From positions 130,162 through 194,161 of the forward strand of contig QWHN01000001.1 in NCBI GenBank assembly GCA_021404905.1: a DNA stretch of 64,000 nt, in the 5' to 3' direction. Made by a program: the position numbers and the translations under genes. The stretch is from Candidatus Saccharibacteria bacterium CPR2 (GTDB taxonomy: Bacteria; Patescibacteriota; Saccharimonadia; Saccharimonadales; QWHN01). This document shows, piece by piece, positions 55,290-63,607 of this stretch (the stretch's first letter is position 1; every line of letters begins with the position of its first letter). The notes beneath the pieces are model-generated. The model ran no database searches. It was not told the origin of the DNA and was given only the letters and a program-made list of their open reading frames with translations.

Positions 55290-56109
55290 AGTATTTTGAT
55301 TCTTTTCTGAAGTAAATAGTTCCGATAAAAATTACGCCTAGAGTAAATATAAAAGGAATAAAAGAATACCAACCGCCATCGAATACTTGATGTATTGTTA
55401 CGGCTTGATGAGTTACTACTTCATACCGAGCATCTTGTATGGTTTGTGTCATAGGGTTCATAAACAAAAGTTTCTGAACATTTTCATTGGTGATTAGTGA
55501 TATTGGGTAAAGTATGGGTGTCGCATAAAACCCTGCTTGCAAAACTACTTCCCATATATAGTTAACGTCACGGTATTTTACGAAAAGTGCCGCCAAAAAC
55601 AGTGAAACTCCTAAAGCAAAAACATATATTTGTATTAAGGTTAGGGGAAAGAATAATATTGTTCTTGAAACATCTACATCATTAACTACCATAAACACAC
55701 CTATAACTACTAGATTAAGCAACAAATTAATCAATGCCGATATACTACTAGAAAGCACAATGATCCACCTGGGTATACGAATTTTTCTTATCAAATCTCC
55801 CCTTCCGACAATTGACCCGAGGCTTTGAACTGTCATTTCTAAAAAGAAGTTCCAAATAACTATTCCTAGCAACAAATAGACCGGAAAGTGGGGAATATCG
55901 CCACCAATTTTAAGAAATTTCACGAAAACAATATAAAGAATTAGAAAAAGTAAAAGAGGGCGCAATAAAGACCATGTGTAACCCAAAACTGAACCTTGAT
56001 ATCGTAACTTAAAATCAGTCCTTACCAGTTCACTTAACAGCGCCCTGTTTTGCTTGGAAAAAATTTGTTTCATAAGACAATCACTAGATATACAGTATAT
56101 TCCATTCAC
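55273..56109 (-). CDS. Polysaccharide ABC exporter permease (Wzm/TagG, ABC-2 type)
   Basis: 278 aa with 6 TM helices; RTDFKLRYQGSVLGYTWSLLRPLL is an ABC-2 signature. Overlaps wzt by 17 nt. Confidence 0.85.
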   Translation of the reverse strand: MNGIYCISSDCLMKQIFSKQNRALLSELVRTDFKLRYQGSVLGYTWSLLRPLLLFLILYIVFVKFLKIGGDIPHFPVYLLLGIVIWNFFLEMTVQSLGSIVGRGDLIRKIRIPRWIIVLSSSISALINLLLNLVVIGVFMVVNDVDVSRTILFFPLTLIQIYVFALGVSLFLAALFVKYRDVNYIWEVVLQAGFYATPILYPISLITNENVQKLLFMNPMTQTIQDARYEVVTHQAVTIHQVFDGGWYSFIPFIFTLGVIFIGTIYFRKESKYFAENI

Positions 56110-56145
56110 AGCATTCGTTAAAGATATACTACAATTAAGCTATAT

Positions 56146-57159
56146 ATGAAAAAGCACCAGACCTATATCGTTATACCCAACTGGAATGGAGAGAGTTTAA
56201 TAGCTGCATGTCTTGATTCGCTGATACACCAAACCGTAAAAGCAAGCATTGTTGTGGTAGATAATGGCTCCAACGATAAATCCGTTGAGATTATTAAAAA
56301 ACACCCAGTAAAACCTGAGTTGATCCAACACGGTGTCAACAAGGGTTTTTCAGGAGGAGTCAACTCTGGTATTAAGCATGCAATGAAAAAAGGAGCAGAT
56401 TTTGTATTATTATTTAATAACGACGCAATCGCTCCAACAAATATGGTGGAGTTATTACAAAAAGCCTTGGATGAGCCGTTAGTCGGAATGGCAACAGCAA
56501 AATTTGTTAGTAGAGATGGTAGGTACTTGGATAGTACGGGTGACTTTTACTCAACTTGGGGGTTGTCCTTTCCTCGCGGCAGAGGAGAATCAGATTTGAA
56601 TAAATACGACGATAAACGGGATGTCTTCGGTGTTTCTGGCGGAGCAAGCATTTATAAAGTTGTTATGTTGAAACAAATTGGATTATTTGACGAAGATTTC
56701 TTTGCCTATTATGAGGATGTTGATGTAAGTTTCCGTGGGCAACTTGCCGGCTGGAAAGCAAGGTTTGTTCCAGAGGTAGTAGTAAAGCATCATATTAGTG
56801 CAACAACAAGTAAATTTAAGGGGTTCTCTACATATCATACATTCAAAAATTTACCCCTGCTTTATCTAAAAAATATGCCTCGACCTTTATACTGGAAATA
56901 TATGTTTAAATTTAAAACCATTTATACACTTCTTTTCTTGAGTGCTGTTAAAAATGGTAAAGGATGGTACGCCTTAAGGGGTGGGTGCGTAGCTCTTATT
57001 ATGCTCATACCAAAAAAAATAAAAGAACGATTAGCAATACAACGGTCTCGAAAAGTTACCGCTACTTACATAGACAATATCCTGTACCACGGGATACCGC
57101 CAACTGCAAAAAAGTTAAGGAAAGCGTTTCCATTTGCCCGCCATGAAGATTGTAATTGA
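56146..57159 (+). CDS. Glycosyltransferase family 2 (WbbL-like)
   Basis: YIVIPNWNG..VVVDNGSNDKS..NKGFSGGVNSG..FAYYEDVD. Confidence 0.85.
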   Translation: MKKHQTYIVIPNWNGESLIAACLDSLIHQTVKASIVVVDNGSNDKSVEIIKKHPVKPELIQHGVNKGFSGGVNSGIKHAMKKGADFVLLFNNDAIAPTNMVELLQKALDEPLVGMATAKFVSRDGRYLDSTGDFYSTWGLSFPRGRGESDLNKYDDKRDVFGVSGGASIYKVVMLKQIGLFDEDFFAYYEDVDVSFRGQLAGWKARFVPEVVVKHHISATTSKFKGFSTYHTFKNLPLLYLKNMPRPLYWKYMFKFKTIYTLLFLSAVKNGKGWYALRGGCVALIMLIPKKIKERLAIQRSRKVTATYIDNILYHGIPPTAKKLRKAFPFARHEDCN

Positions 57160-58237
57160 TGCGCGAGAATTAAGATCAAGCACAGGGAGATATATTGAGC
57201 GCTTGCTTTACTATTTGCAGAAGATAAATTCAAACCATCAATTTGTTGTTTTGTTGAAGCCTGGTGATTTTGATAGTTGGACCCCATCGGGAAGTAATTT
57301 TTCTAAGTTGGCCTGCCCCCATAAAGAATTCGGGGCTGGGGAACAGATTGGGTTTTTAAAGCAGCTAAAAAGTATTGATGCTAATTTGGTTCATTTTGGC
57401 ATGGTTCAACAGCCGGTATTTTATGGTGGCCCTAAAGTTACAACAATTCACGATTTAACTACGACCAAGTTCAACAATCCCAGCAAAAATCCTATTGTTT
57501 TTAAATTTAAGCAAGAGGTATACAAATGGCTGATAAAAAAGGTCTCCCGAGATTCGCGCTTTATAATCACCCCGTCAAACTTCGTAAAAAAAGATTTAAT
57601 TCAATTTACAGGTGTTAGTGAAGAAAAAATATTCGTCACTTATGAAGCGGCTGATAAAATATCGGATTCGCCCCAGCCGATTAATGAATTAGTAAACAAG
57701 AAATTCTTAATGTATGTTGGCAGGCCAAACCCGCACAAAAATTTAGCCAGGCTAATCGAGGCATTTGAAATTGTTAGATCTAATAATCCAGACTTAAAGC
57801 TTGTTATCGCCGGAAAAAAAGACTTTCTCATGCAAAAACACGAACAAGACGCGCAAAAACGAGATTTATTAGGCAGTTCGGTTGTTTTTACAGGTTTTGT
57901 CAGCGAAGGAGAGCTGAGATGGCTTTATGAAAATACTCTCGCGTATGTGTTCCCCTCTTTGTCTGAAGGGTTTGGCCTGCCTGGGCTCGAAGCTATGACG
58001 CATGGAGCTCCGGTTATTAGCAGCAACGCGACTTGTTTACCTGAAATTTATAAAGATGGAGCACATTATTTTAATCCAAACGACAAAAACGACATAGCAA
58101 GCAAGATAAAGGATGTTATCAATAACGAAAAACTAAGAAAAGAGCTTATTAATAAGGGAGGTGCTATTGCTGAGAAATATTCATGGCAAAAAATGGCAGA
58201 ACAAACTTTAAATATTTATGAAAAAGCTTTGTCTTAG
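57134..58237 (+). CDS. Glycosyltransferase family 4
   Basis: The likely start is MKIVIDAREL (about 57143). C-terminal FPSLSEGFGLPGLEAMTHGAPVI. Confidence 0.85.
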   Translation: MPAMKIVIDARELRSSTGRYIERLLYYLQKINSNHQFVVLLKPGDFDSWTPSGSNFSKLACPHKEFGAGEQIGFLKQLKSIDANLVHFGMVQQPVFYGGPKVTTIHDLTTTKFNNPSKNPIVFKFKQEVYKWLIKKVSRDSRFIITPSNFVKKDLIQFTGVSEEKIFVTYEAADKISDSPQPINELVNKKFLMYVGRPNPHKNLARLIEAFEIVRSNNPDLKLVIAGKKDFLMQKHEQDAQKRDLLGSSVVFTGFVSEGELRWLYENTLAYVFPSLSEGFGLPGLEAMTHGAPVISSNATCLPEIYKDGAHYFNPNDKNDIASKIKDVINNEKLRKELINKGGAIAEKYSWQKMAEQTLNIYEKALS

Positions 58238-58253
58238 GGCAAGCTATTCTTTT

Positions 58254-58736
58254 TTATTTATCATTTCCTTCAGGAAGCAGCTCTGGCTTTATTACAATGT
58301 GTCTTTCCCTGCCCTCACCCATGGATTCGGTTGTGACTCCACCTATATCTGATATAGTTCGGTGCACTATGCGCCTGTCGGCTGAGTTCATGGGCCTTAG
58401 TCTCATCTCTTCTTCGCTGCTCTTCACGTCTTCGGCCCATTTCTCCACTTTTCGGGCCAATCTTTCGTTGCGATGCTGTTTGTAATCGGCAACATCAATA
58501 TTAACCCGAGTTATCTTATGGTCATTGTTCTTCAGGGCCGAGCCAACTAGAAATTGGATAGATCTTAGTGTTTCACCTCTTTGGCCTATTAAGAAACCAT
58601 TCAGATGAGTAGAGGGTATGGATAATTCTATTATCTCCTCATCTTCGTCGCAGGTTGCTTTGACATCTATATTAAGACCAAAAAATGTTAGCAAATCTTC
58701 CAGATATTGCTTTGCGTAAGAAATTGGGTCTTGCAT
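58254..58736 (-). CDS. jag: Jag/KhpB-type RNA-binding protein (KH + R3H)
   Basis: FLIGQRGETLRSIQ (KH GXXG) and ADRRIVHRTISD (R3H); conserved position downstream of yidC. Confidence 0.88.
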   Translation of the reverse strand: MQDPISYAKQYLEDLLTFFGLNIDVKATCDEDEEIIELSIPSTHLNGFLIGQRGETLRSIQFLVGSALKNNDHKITRVNIDVADYKQHRNERLARKVEKWAEDVKSSEEEMRLRPMNSADRRIVHRTISDIGGVTTESMGEGRERHIVIKPELLPEGNDK

Positions 58737-58739
58737 GGT

Positions 58740-59669
58740 TCATCCTTTCTTTTTCTTAGAGGATGAGCGCTTTTTCTTTTTAGTTTTTTGATTTTTGGGT
58801 TTGGATGTATCGTCAGAGCTTTGATTCGCTTTATTGTTGTCGCTGTTAGCTTTAAGTTTTTCCATATCTTCGACATCTTTATTCAAAATAACTTTTTGCT
58901 GCCAGACGGCTACTGCAGAGCTTGCCGTCCAGTATAGGGCCAAGGAACCCGGAAATGTAGCAGCAAAGAATCCTGACAACAATGGAAAAAAGAAGCGCAT
59001 GTTTCTACCCATAGCCGCATTGATTTCTGATTGAGAGTTTTTTTTGCCCTGGGACTCTTCTTTTAATATTTGCCTAAGTGTCTTTGAGTCTTTTTGCTCC
59101 GGCATTAGCTGCTTGGACTGATAAAACTGCAGGATTACAGCGCCAATCGCAAGAACAAGTAATGGAATATATACGCTTCCGTTACTGATTGCGGTTTTTG
59201 ATAGATCGATAAAGCCAAAAAGGGTTTGCTGAAACTCAACGTTTCCGTTGATTATGTCCGGCAAAATACCTAGTTTCTTAATGAATCCGTAGGTAAAGTC
59301 CGTAAAGTGGCTTGGGTCGTTAGTGATTTTCCGCATTCCCTGAAACAGGCCGATAAGTATTGGGATTTGTACAAACAAAATCCCAATCGAGCTAAATGGA
59401 TTGATTTCTCGTTCTTTATAAAGCTCCATTAGAAGTTGAGATTCTTTTTGTTTATCACCTTTGCTCTTTTGCTTTATTTTTTGTATTTCAGGCTGAAGTT
59501 CACGCATAGCCCGACTGTGGTGAAGTTGTTTTTTAACAAGCGGCCACATTAGTACCCTTATTAATATTGTAAAGATAATAATTGCCAACCCAAAGTCATG
59601 CCCGGGAATCACGGCATAAACAAAAACGAGCAAATTAAAAATAGGTTGGACTATAAAAGTTTCCCACAT
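58740..59669 (-). CDS. yidC: Membrane protein insertase YidC (short form) with a Lys-rich C-terminal tail
   Basis: GLAIIIFTILIRVLMWPLVKKQ...ELQPEIQKIKQK...EINPFSS. C-terminal KPKNQKTKKKKRSSSKKKKG. Confidence 0.9.
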   Translation of the reverse strand: MWETFIVQPIFNLLVFVYAVIPGHDFGLAIIIFTILIRVLMWPLVKKQLHHSRAMRELQPEIQKIKQKSKGDKQKESQLLMELYKEREINPFSSIGILFVQIPILIGLFQGMRKITNDPSHFTDFTYGFIKKLGILPDIINGNVEFQQTLFGFIDLSKTAISNGSVYIPLLVLAIGAVILQFYQSKQLMPEQKDSKTLRQILKEESQGKKNSQSEINAAMGRNMRFFFPLLSGFFAATFPGSLALYWTASSAVAVWQQKVILNKDVEDMEKLKANSDNNKANQSSDDTSKPKNQKTKKKKRSSSKKKKG

Positions 59670-59690
59670 ACTGAAATATATAATAACGCA

Positions 59691-60030
59691 TAAACTGAAA
59701 ACTGAAAATTAGCAATCAGCAACTCAACTAGCAATTGGGAATTGGAAAATAGGAACTAGTTAGAAGTTATAAAGTTCCTAAAGCTATCAAGCCCATAAAG
59801 ACTTACCATTTCTCATTTGCCACTTCTCAATTATCAATTAACATTCATTGGTTCAATAAAACATTTATCATTATTATATTAAAGTATCTCATTAGTTAAA
59901 TGACTAAATAAATGGCAACTGGTAAATGATAAATAGGAACTAGGAATTGGCAATTAGGAAATAGAAAATAGTATATTTTTAAAAACTAATTACTAGTTTC
60001 TAATTGCTGTTTTCTAATTTCTATACTCTA
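59691..60030. repeat. Non-coding gap filled with blocks of the 7-8-nt word repeat in both orientations (imperfect long hairpins)
   Basis: Forward blocks lie at 59691-59768 and 59921-59975, for example AGGAACTAG GAATTGG CAATTAG GAAATAG AAAATAG. Reverse blocks lie at 59808-59840 and 59981-60026. Stops occur in all six frames. Confidence 0.75.
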
Positions 60031-60036
60031 TAAGAT

Positions 60037-60174
60037 CTAGTGTGTTAGTCGAACACGGCTTTTTAGTTTTCGCGCCTTAATAACGGCCCGGCCTGCTTTT
60101 GTAGCCATGCGCGCCCTAAAACCGTGCACCTTTTTCTTGTGTCTGACTTTTGGTTGAAACGTTCTCTTTGGCAT
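60037..60174 (-). CDS. rpmH: 50S ribosomal protein L34
   Basis: My translation is [45 protein letters not shown] (45 aa, TAG stop at 60037-60039). It is below the ORF-track cutoff and sits in the canonical position upstream of dnaA on the opposite strand. Confidence 0.93.
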   Translation of the reverse strand: MPKRTFQPKVRHKKKVHGFRARMATKAGRAVIKARKLKSRVRLTH

Positions 60175-60234
60175 AACTTGTGTTAGTTTACTTTAATTAT
60201 TTATAAGTGACAAACTCTAGTAAATTATATCAAC

Positions 60235-60353
60235 TTTTCCACAGTAATCAACAAGGTTTCCACATAATAACTGGGGTGGCTTGTTTCTGTGTACAAATTT
60301 ACCCTTGTTGTTTTTTGCTGATTCACAAAAACACATTTTTGGGTTGTGGAAAA
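60235..60353. promoter_or_regulatory. DnaA-box-like cluster upstream of dnaA
   Basis: Compared with TTATCCACA: TTTTCCACA at 60235-60243 (1 mismatch), GTTTCCACA at 60256-60264 (2), TGATTCACA at 60319-60327 (2) and TGTGGAAAA at 60345-60353 (reverse box, 1). Confidence 0.5.
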
Positions 60354-60407
60354 ATTAGAAGTTTGTGTATATTCTATTAGTATAAGTTTATTTTTGGATG
60401 GAGGGAG

Positions 60408-61778
60408 ATGGATAACGCCGTTTGGCATACTGTTTTGGGTGAAATTGAGTTGACTGTGTCCAGAGCGACTTTTGCGACTTGGTTTAAAAATACGCACTTT
60501 TTAGGATACGATGGCGGTAATGTTCGTGTTGGTGTGCCTAATGTTTTTGCTAAACACCAGCTGGAAGTAAAGTTTAATCAGCAAATAGTCGGAATCTTAA
60601 AAAAGAATGGGGTTAAATTTGAGTCAGTCGAGTATATAATTCATTCTTTACCTTCAAAGAAATCAACCGGTTCAAGTTATTTAAAAAGTAATTCAACTTT
60701 AGCTTCCACATTATCTTCAAGTAATAAATATTCCCTCGCTTCAAGCAAGCTAACAAAAAAAACTCCTCACACGCTTAATAGAAGATATACTTTTGATGAG
60801 TTTATTGTTGGGTCCGGCAATGATTTGGCTTATACGGCCTGCCAAGCAATTGTTAAATATCCGGGTACAAAATATAATCCCCTTTTTGTTTATGGTGGAG
60901 TCGGCCTTGGAAAGACACATTTAATCCAGGCCGTGGGTAATGCGGTCTTGGACAAAAACCCTGACGCGAAAGTCTATTACATTAGTACGGAGACATTCGT
61001 TAATGAGTTTTTGGAAAGTATTAGATTTAAGAAAAAATCATTTTCTGGAAAATACCGAGATGCTGACGTTTTGATAGTTGACGACATGCAGTTTATTACA
61101 GGAAAAGAAAAAACCCAGGAAGAATTTTTCCATACTTTTAACGCCCTGCATCAAGCAAACAAGCAAATCATTATTTCCAGCGATAAACCGCCAAAGGCAA
61201 TCCCTACTTTAACAGAAAGGTTACGATCCAGGTTTGAGTGGGGAATGACTGTTGATATACAACCGCCGGATTTTGAAACTAGAGTAGCTATTTTACAAAC
61301 TAAGGCAAATGTAAGTGGCGTTACTTTACCGCCGGACTGTGTAGAGTATTTAGCGACTCATATCCAAACAAATATCAGGGAGCTAGAGGGCGGGTTAAAC
61401 CAACTACTAGCATATTGTGAGATGCGCGGTATAGAGCCAGATCTTCAGATCGCCATGGGGTTAATTGAAAACACCAGGTCACGACCTCGACACATTACTC
61501 CGAAACAAGTTATAGAGAGAACCGCTAGACATTTTCAGCTTGATCTTGATGATATTTTGGGGCCAAAGAGAGATAAAGATATTGTTCTGCCGCGTCAAAT
61601 CGCAATGTATCTGCTTCGAAGCGAATTACACCTCAGTTTTCCTAAGGTGGCTAAAGAACTGGGGAGAAAAGACCACACAACCGCTATACATTCGGTTGAC
61701 AAAATAGAAAAAAATATAAGACTAGATCAAATAATTAGACAGCATGTAAATGAGATTAGGGATAGAATTTATGCTTAA
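60408..61778 (+). CDS. dnaA: Chromosomal replication initiator DnaA
   Basis: YTFDEFIVGSGNDLAY, Walker A GGVGLGKTHL, the box VII region, and C-terminal DNA-binding domain DHTTAIHSVDKI. Confidence 0.96.
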   Translation: MDNAVWHTVLGEIELTVSRATFATWFKNTHFLGYDGGNVRVGVPNVFAKHQLEVKFNQQIVGILKKNGVKFESVEYIIHSLPSKKSTGSSYLKSNSTLASTLSSSNKYSLASSKLTKKTPHTLNRRYTFDEFIVGSGNDLAYTACQAIVKYPGTKYNPLFVYGGVGLGKTHLIQAVGNAVLDKNPDAKVYYISTETFVNEFLESIRFKKKSFSGKYRDADVLIVDDMQFITGKEKTQEEFFHTFNALHQANKQIIISSDKPPKAIPTLTERLRSRFEWGMTVDIQPPDFETRVAILQTKANVSGVTLPPDCVEYLATHIQTNIRELEGGLNQLLAYCEMRGIEPDLQIAMGLIENTRSRPRHITPKQVIERTARHFQLDLDDILGPKRDKDIVLPRQIAMYLLRSELHLSFPKVAKELGRKDHTTAIHSVDKIEKNIRLDQIIRQHVNEIRDRIYA

Positions 61779-62033
61779 TAGTTGTGTGAAACTTGTTGAG
61801 AGTTTGTGTATAAGTTTTAAGGATTTTAAAAAGTTTGGAATTTTAAAATTTATATGTGGAATAAACATGGTTTATTCACAAACTTATTCAGGACTTTTAA
61901 ATAGTTTTTTCTCAGCTTTTTCACAAAAGAATAAAGATTTTTCAGATGTAATTTTTAGTAATCCACAAAATTTACAAAAACTACTATTACTACTACGAAG
62001 TTTTAATTTAATTAATATTTATGGAGAAAATTT
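61779..62033. promoter_or_regulatory. Candidate oriC (dnaA-dnaN intergenic): DnaA boxes plus an AT-rich unwinding stretch
   Basis: TGTGTATAA at 61805-61813 (1 mismatch to TGTGGATAA), TGTGGAATA at 61855-61863 (2), TTATTCACA at 61872-61880 (1) and TAATCCACA at 61959-61967 (1). An AT-only run lies at about 62001-62020. Confidence 0.55.
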
Positions 62034-63137
62034 ATGAAACTTTCCACCACGCAAGAAAACCTTTCAAAAGCACTTAATATTGTCTGTAGAGTCGCTGGCA
62101 GCAAAACTACTTTACCGATATTAGCGAATATAATGCTTAAAACCGTAAAAAACAGGCTTCAAATATCAGCAACTAACTTAGAAGTTGCTATCACTCAATT
62201 TATTGGCGGAAAGATTGACAGTAATGGTTCTATAACCGTACCAGCAAGGTTGATGAGTGACTTTGTGTCTAGTCTTCCTAAAGATACAATCAATATGGAG
62301 CTTGAAAAAAACAAACTACATATAAAAACCAAACAATACCAATCAACCATTAATGGAATAGCGGCTGATGATTTCCCTTCTATTCCAAAACTCCAAAATA
62401 AAAATACTATAAAAATTCCAATTTCAGATTTAAAAAAGGCTCTGCAACAGGTTATATTTACAGCTTCAAATGACGATTCCAGACCGGTACTAACGGGAGT
62501 GTATTTCTCCTCACAAAATGGAAGGCTGTTTATTACAGCAACAGACAGCTATAGGTTAGCGGAAAAACAAATAATAAAAATCCAAGAAAACTTATCTTGC
62601 ATCGTGCCTGTGAGTTCACTTCAACACCTACTTCGAATTTTAAGTGAAGACATAGAGGAAAATGAAGTAAATATTTCTTACGACCAAGCACAAATCCTGT
62701 TTACCTTGCAAGACATAGAGCTTGTTTCAAGATTAATAGACGGGCAATATCCAGATTATCAGAGGCTTATACCATCTAAAAGTGACGTCAACATTACATT
62801 AAACAGAGAGGATTTTATAAACATTACCAAAGTCGCGAGTTTATTTGCAAAAGAGAGCGCAGGCAGTATAACGATATCTGTTTCGGAAGAAGACCAAGAA
62901 GTCTCTATAACATCAGTGGCTTCACAAGTCGGTGAAAATATATCCAGAGCAGAAGCAAAAATTAAAGGTAGCGGTGAGGTTACACTAAACTCGAGGTATT
63001 TACTGGAGGCTTTGAACGCCATTAATGACGATAAAGTAACATTTAGGTTTAGCGGAAAGATTAGCCCGTGCGTGCTAACCCCAGCTGATTCAAAAAACTC
63101 AGACTATCTTCACATTATAATGCCTCTGAAAAGCTAG
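62034..63137 (+). CDS. dnaN: DNA polymerase III beta sliding clamp
   Basis: 367 aa. MKLSTTQENLSKALNIV...LPILANIMLK...DSYRLAE...LIDGQYPDYQRLIP. Confidence 0.95.
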   Translation: MKLSTTQENLSKALNIVCRVAGSKTTLPILANIMLKTVKNRLQISATNLEVAITQFIGGKIDSNGSITVPARLMSDFVSSLPKDTINMELEKNKLHIKTKQYQSTINGIAADDFPSIPKLQNKNTIKIPISDLKKALQQVIFTASNDDSRPVLTGVYFSSQNGRLFITATDSYRLAEKQIIKIQENLSCIVPVSSLQHLLRILSEDIEENEVNISYDQAQILFTLQDIELVSRLIDGQYPDYQRLIPSKSDVNITLNREDFINITKVASLFAKESAGSITISVSEEDQEVSITSVASQVGENISRAEAKIKGSGEVTLNSRYLLEALNAINDDKVTFRFSGKISPCVLTPADSKNSDYLHIIMPLKS

Positions 63138-63140
63138 GCC

Positions 63141-63180
63141 ACCAGGAGTTAGGAATTAGCAATTAGAAAACAGGAAATAA
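63141..63180. repeat. Word-repeat block (forward) flanking the four-helix-bundle gene on the left
   Basis: ACCAGGAGTTAGGAATTAGCAATTAGAAAACAGGAAATAA. Confidence 0.65.
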
Positions 63181-63184
63181 TAAA

Positions 63185-63571
63185 ATTTTAAATAATAAAA
63201 TAACATCTTTTAAAGATCTCGAGACATGGAAGCAGGCGCATAATCTTGTTAAATTAATATATGAGATCACAGATAATTTTAATAGGGCTGATATGTTTGG
63301 AATTACATCTCAAATGCAAAGATCTTCTCTCTCAGTATCTTCAAATATAGCCGAGGGGTTTGGCCGCCAATCCAAAAAAGACACTCTACACTTTTATATA
63401 ATGGCAAGAGGGTCATTAACAGAGCTACAAAATCAGCTGATTGTTTGTAGAGACACAAATAAAATTTCTACCGAACAATATGTCGAACTGGAGAAACAAT
63501 CTGTTCTTACTCATAAACTATTACATGGATTAATAAGATCAACAGACAGGAACAATACTAGTGATAACTAA
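63185..63571 (+). CDS. Four-helix-bundle protein (23S rRNA intervening-sequence protein family); no ATG at the family-typical N-terminus
   Basis: The track ORF (63293..63571) starts mid-domain. The frame is open from 63167 and encodes ..ITSFKDLETWKQAHNLVKLIYEITDNFNRADMFGITSQMQRSSLSVSSNIAEGFGR.., the full family pattern. The only plausible start is ATT 63185 (AGGA SD 8 nt upstream) or ATA 63200. Confidence 0.6.
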   Translation: MLNNKITSFKDLETWKQAHNLVKLIYEITDNFNRADMFGITSQMQRSSLSVSSNIAEGFGRQSKKDTLHFYIMARGSLTELQNQLIVCRDTNKISTEQYVELEKQSVLTHKLLHGLIRSTDRNNTSDN

Positions 63572-63604
63572 TTTCTTTTTCCTAGTTCCTGTTTCCTAGT
63601 AGGA
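63572..63604. repeat. Word-repeat block (reverse) flanking the four-helix-bundle gene on the right
   Basis: The reverse complement of TTTCTTTTTCCTAGTTCCTGTTTCCTAGTAGGA reads ..CTAGGAAACAGGAACTAGGAAAAAGAAA. It forms an imperfect inverted repeat with 63141-63180, with about two-thirds of positions matching by eye. Confidence 0.6.
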
Positions 63605-63607
63605 ATA

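Noticed and set aside
59691-60030. Word-repeat blocks as a CRISPR array
   Set aside because: There is no constant-length repeat alternating with unique spacers. The units are 7-8 nt and degenerate, and no cas genes are in the window.
59670-60036. A decayed rnpA pseudogene in the rpmH-yidC gap
   Set aside because: All six frames are interrupted every few codons. I could not find any trace of the basic RNR-type motif, and the sequence is dominated by the word repeats.
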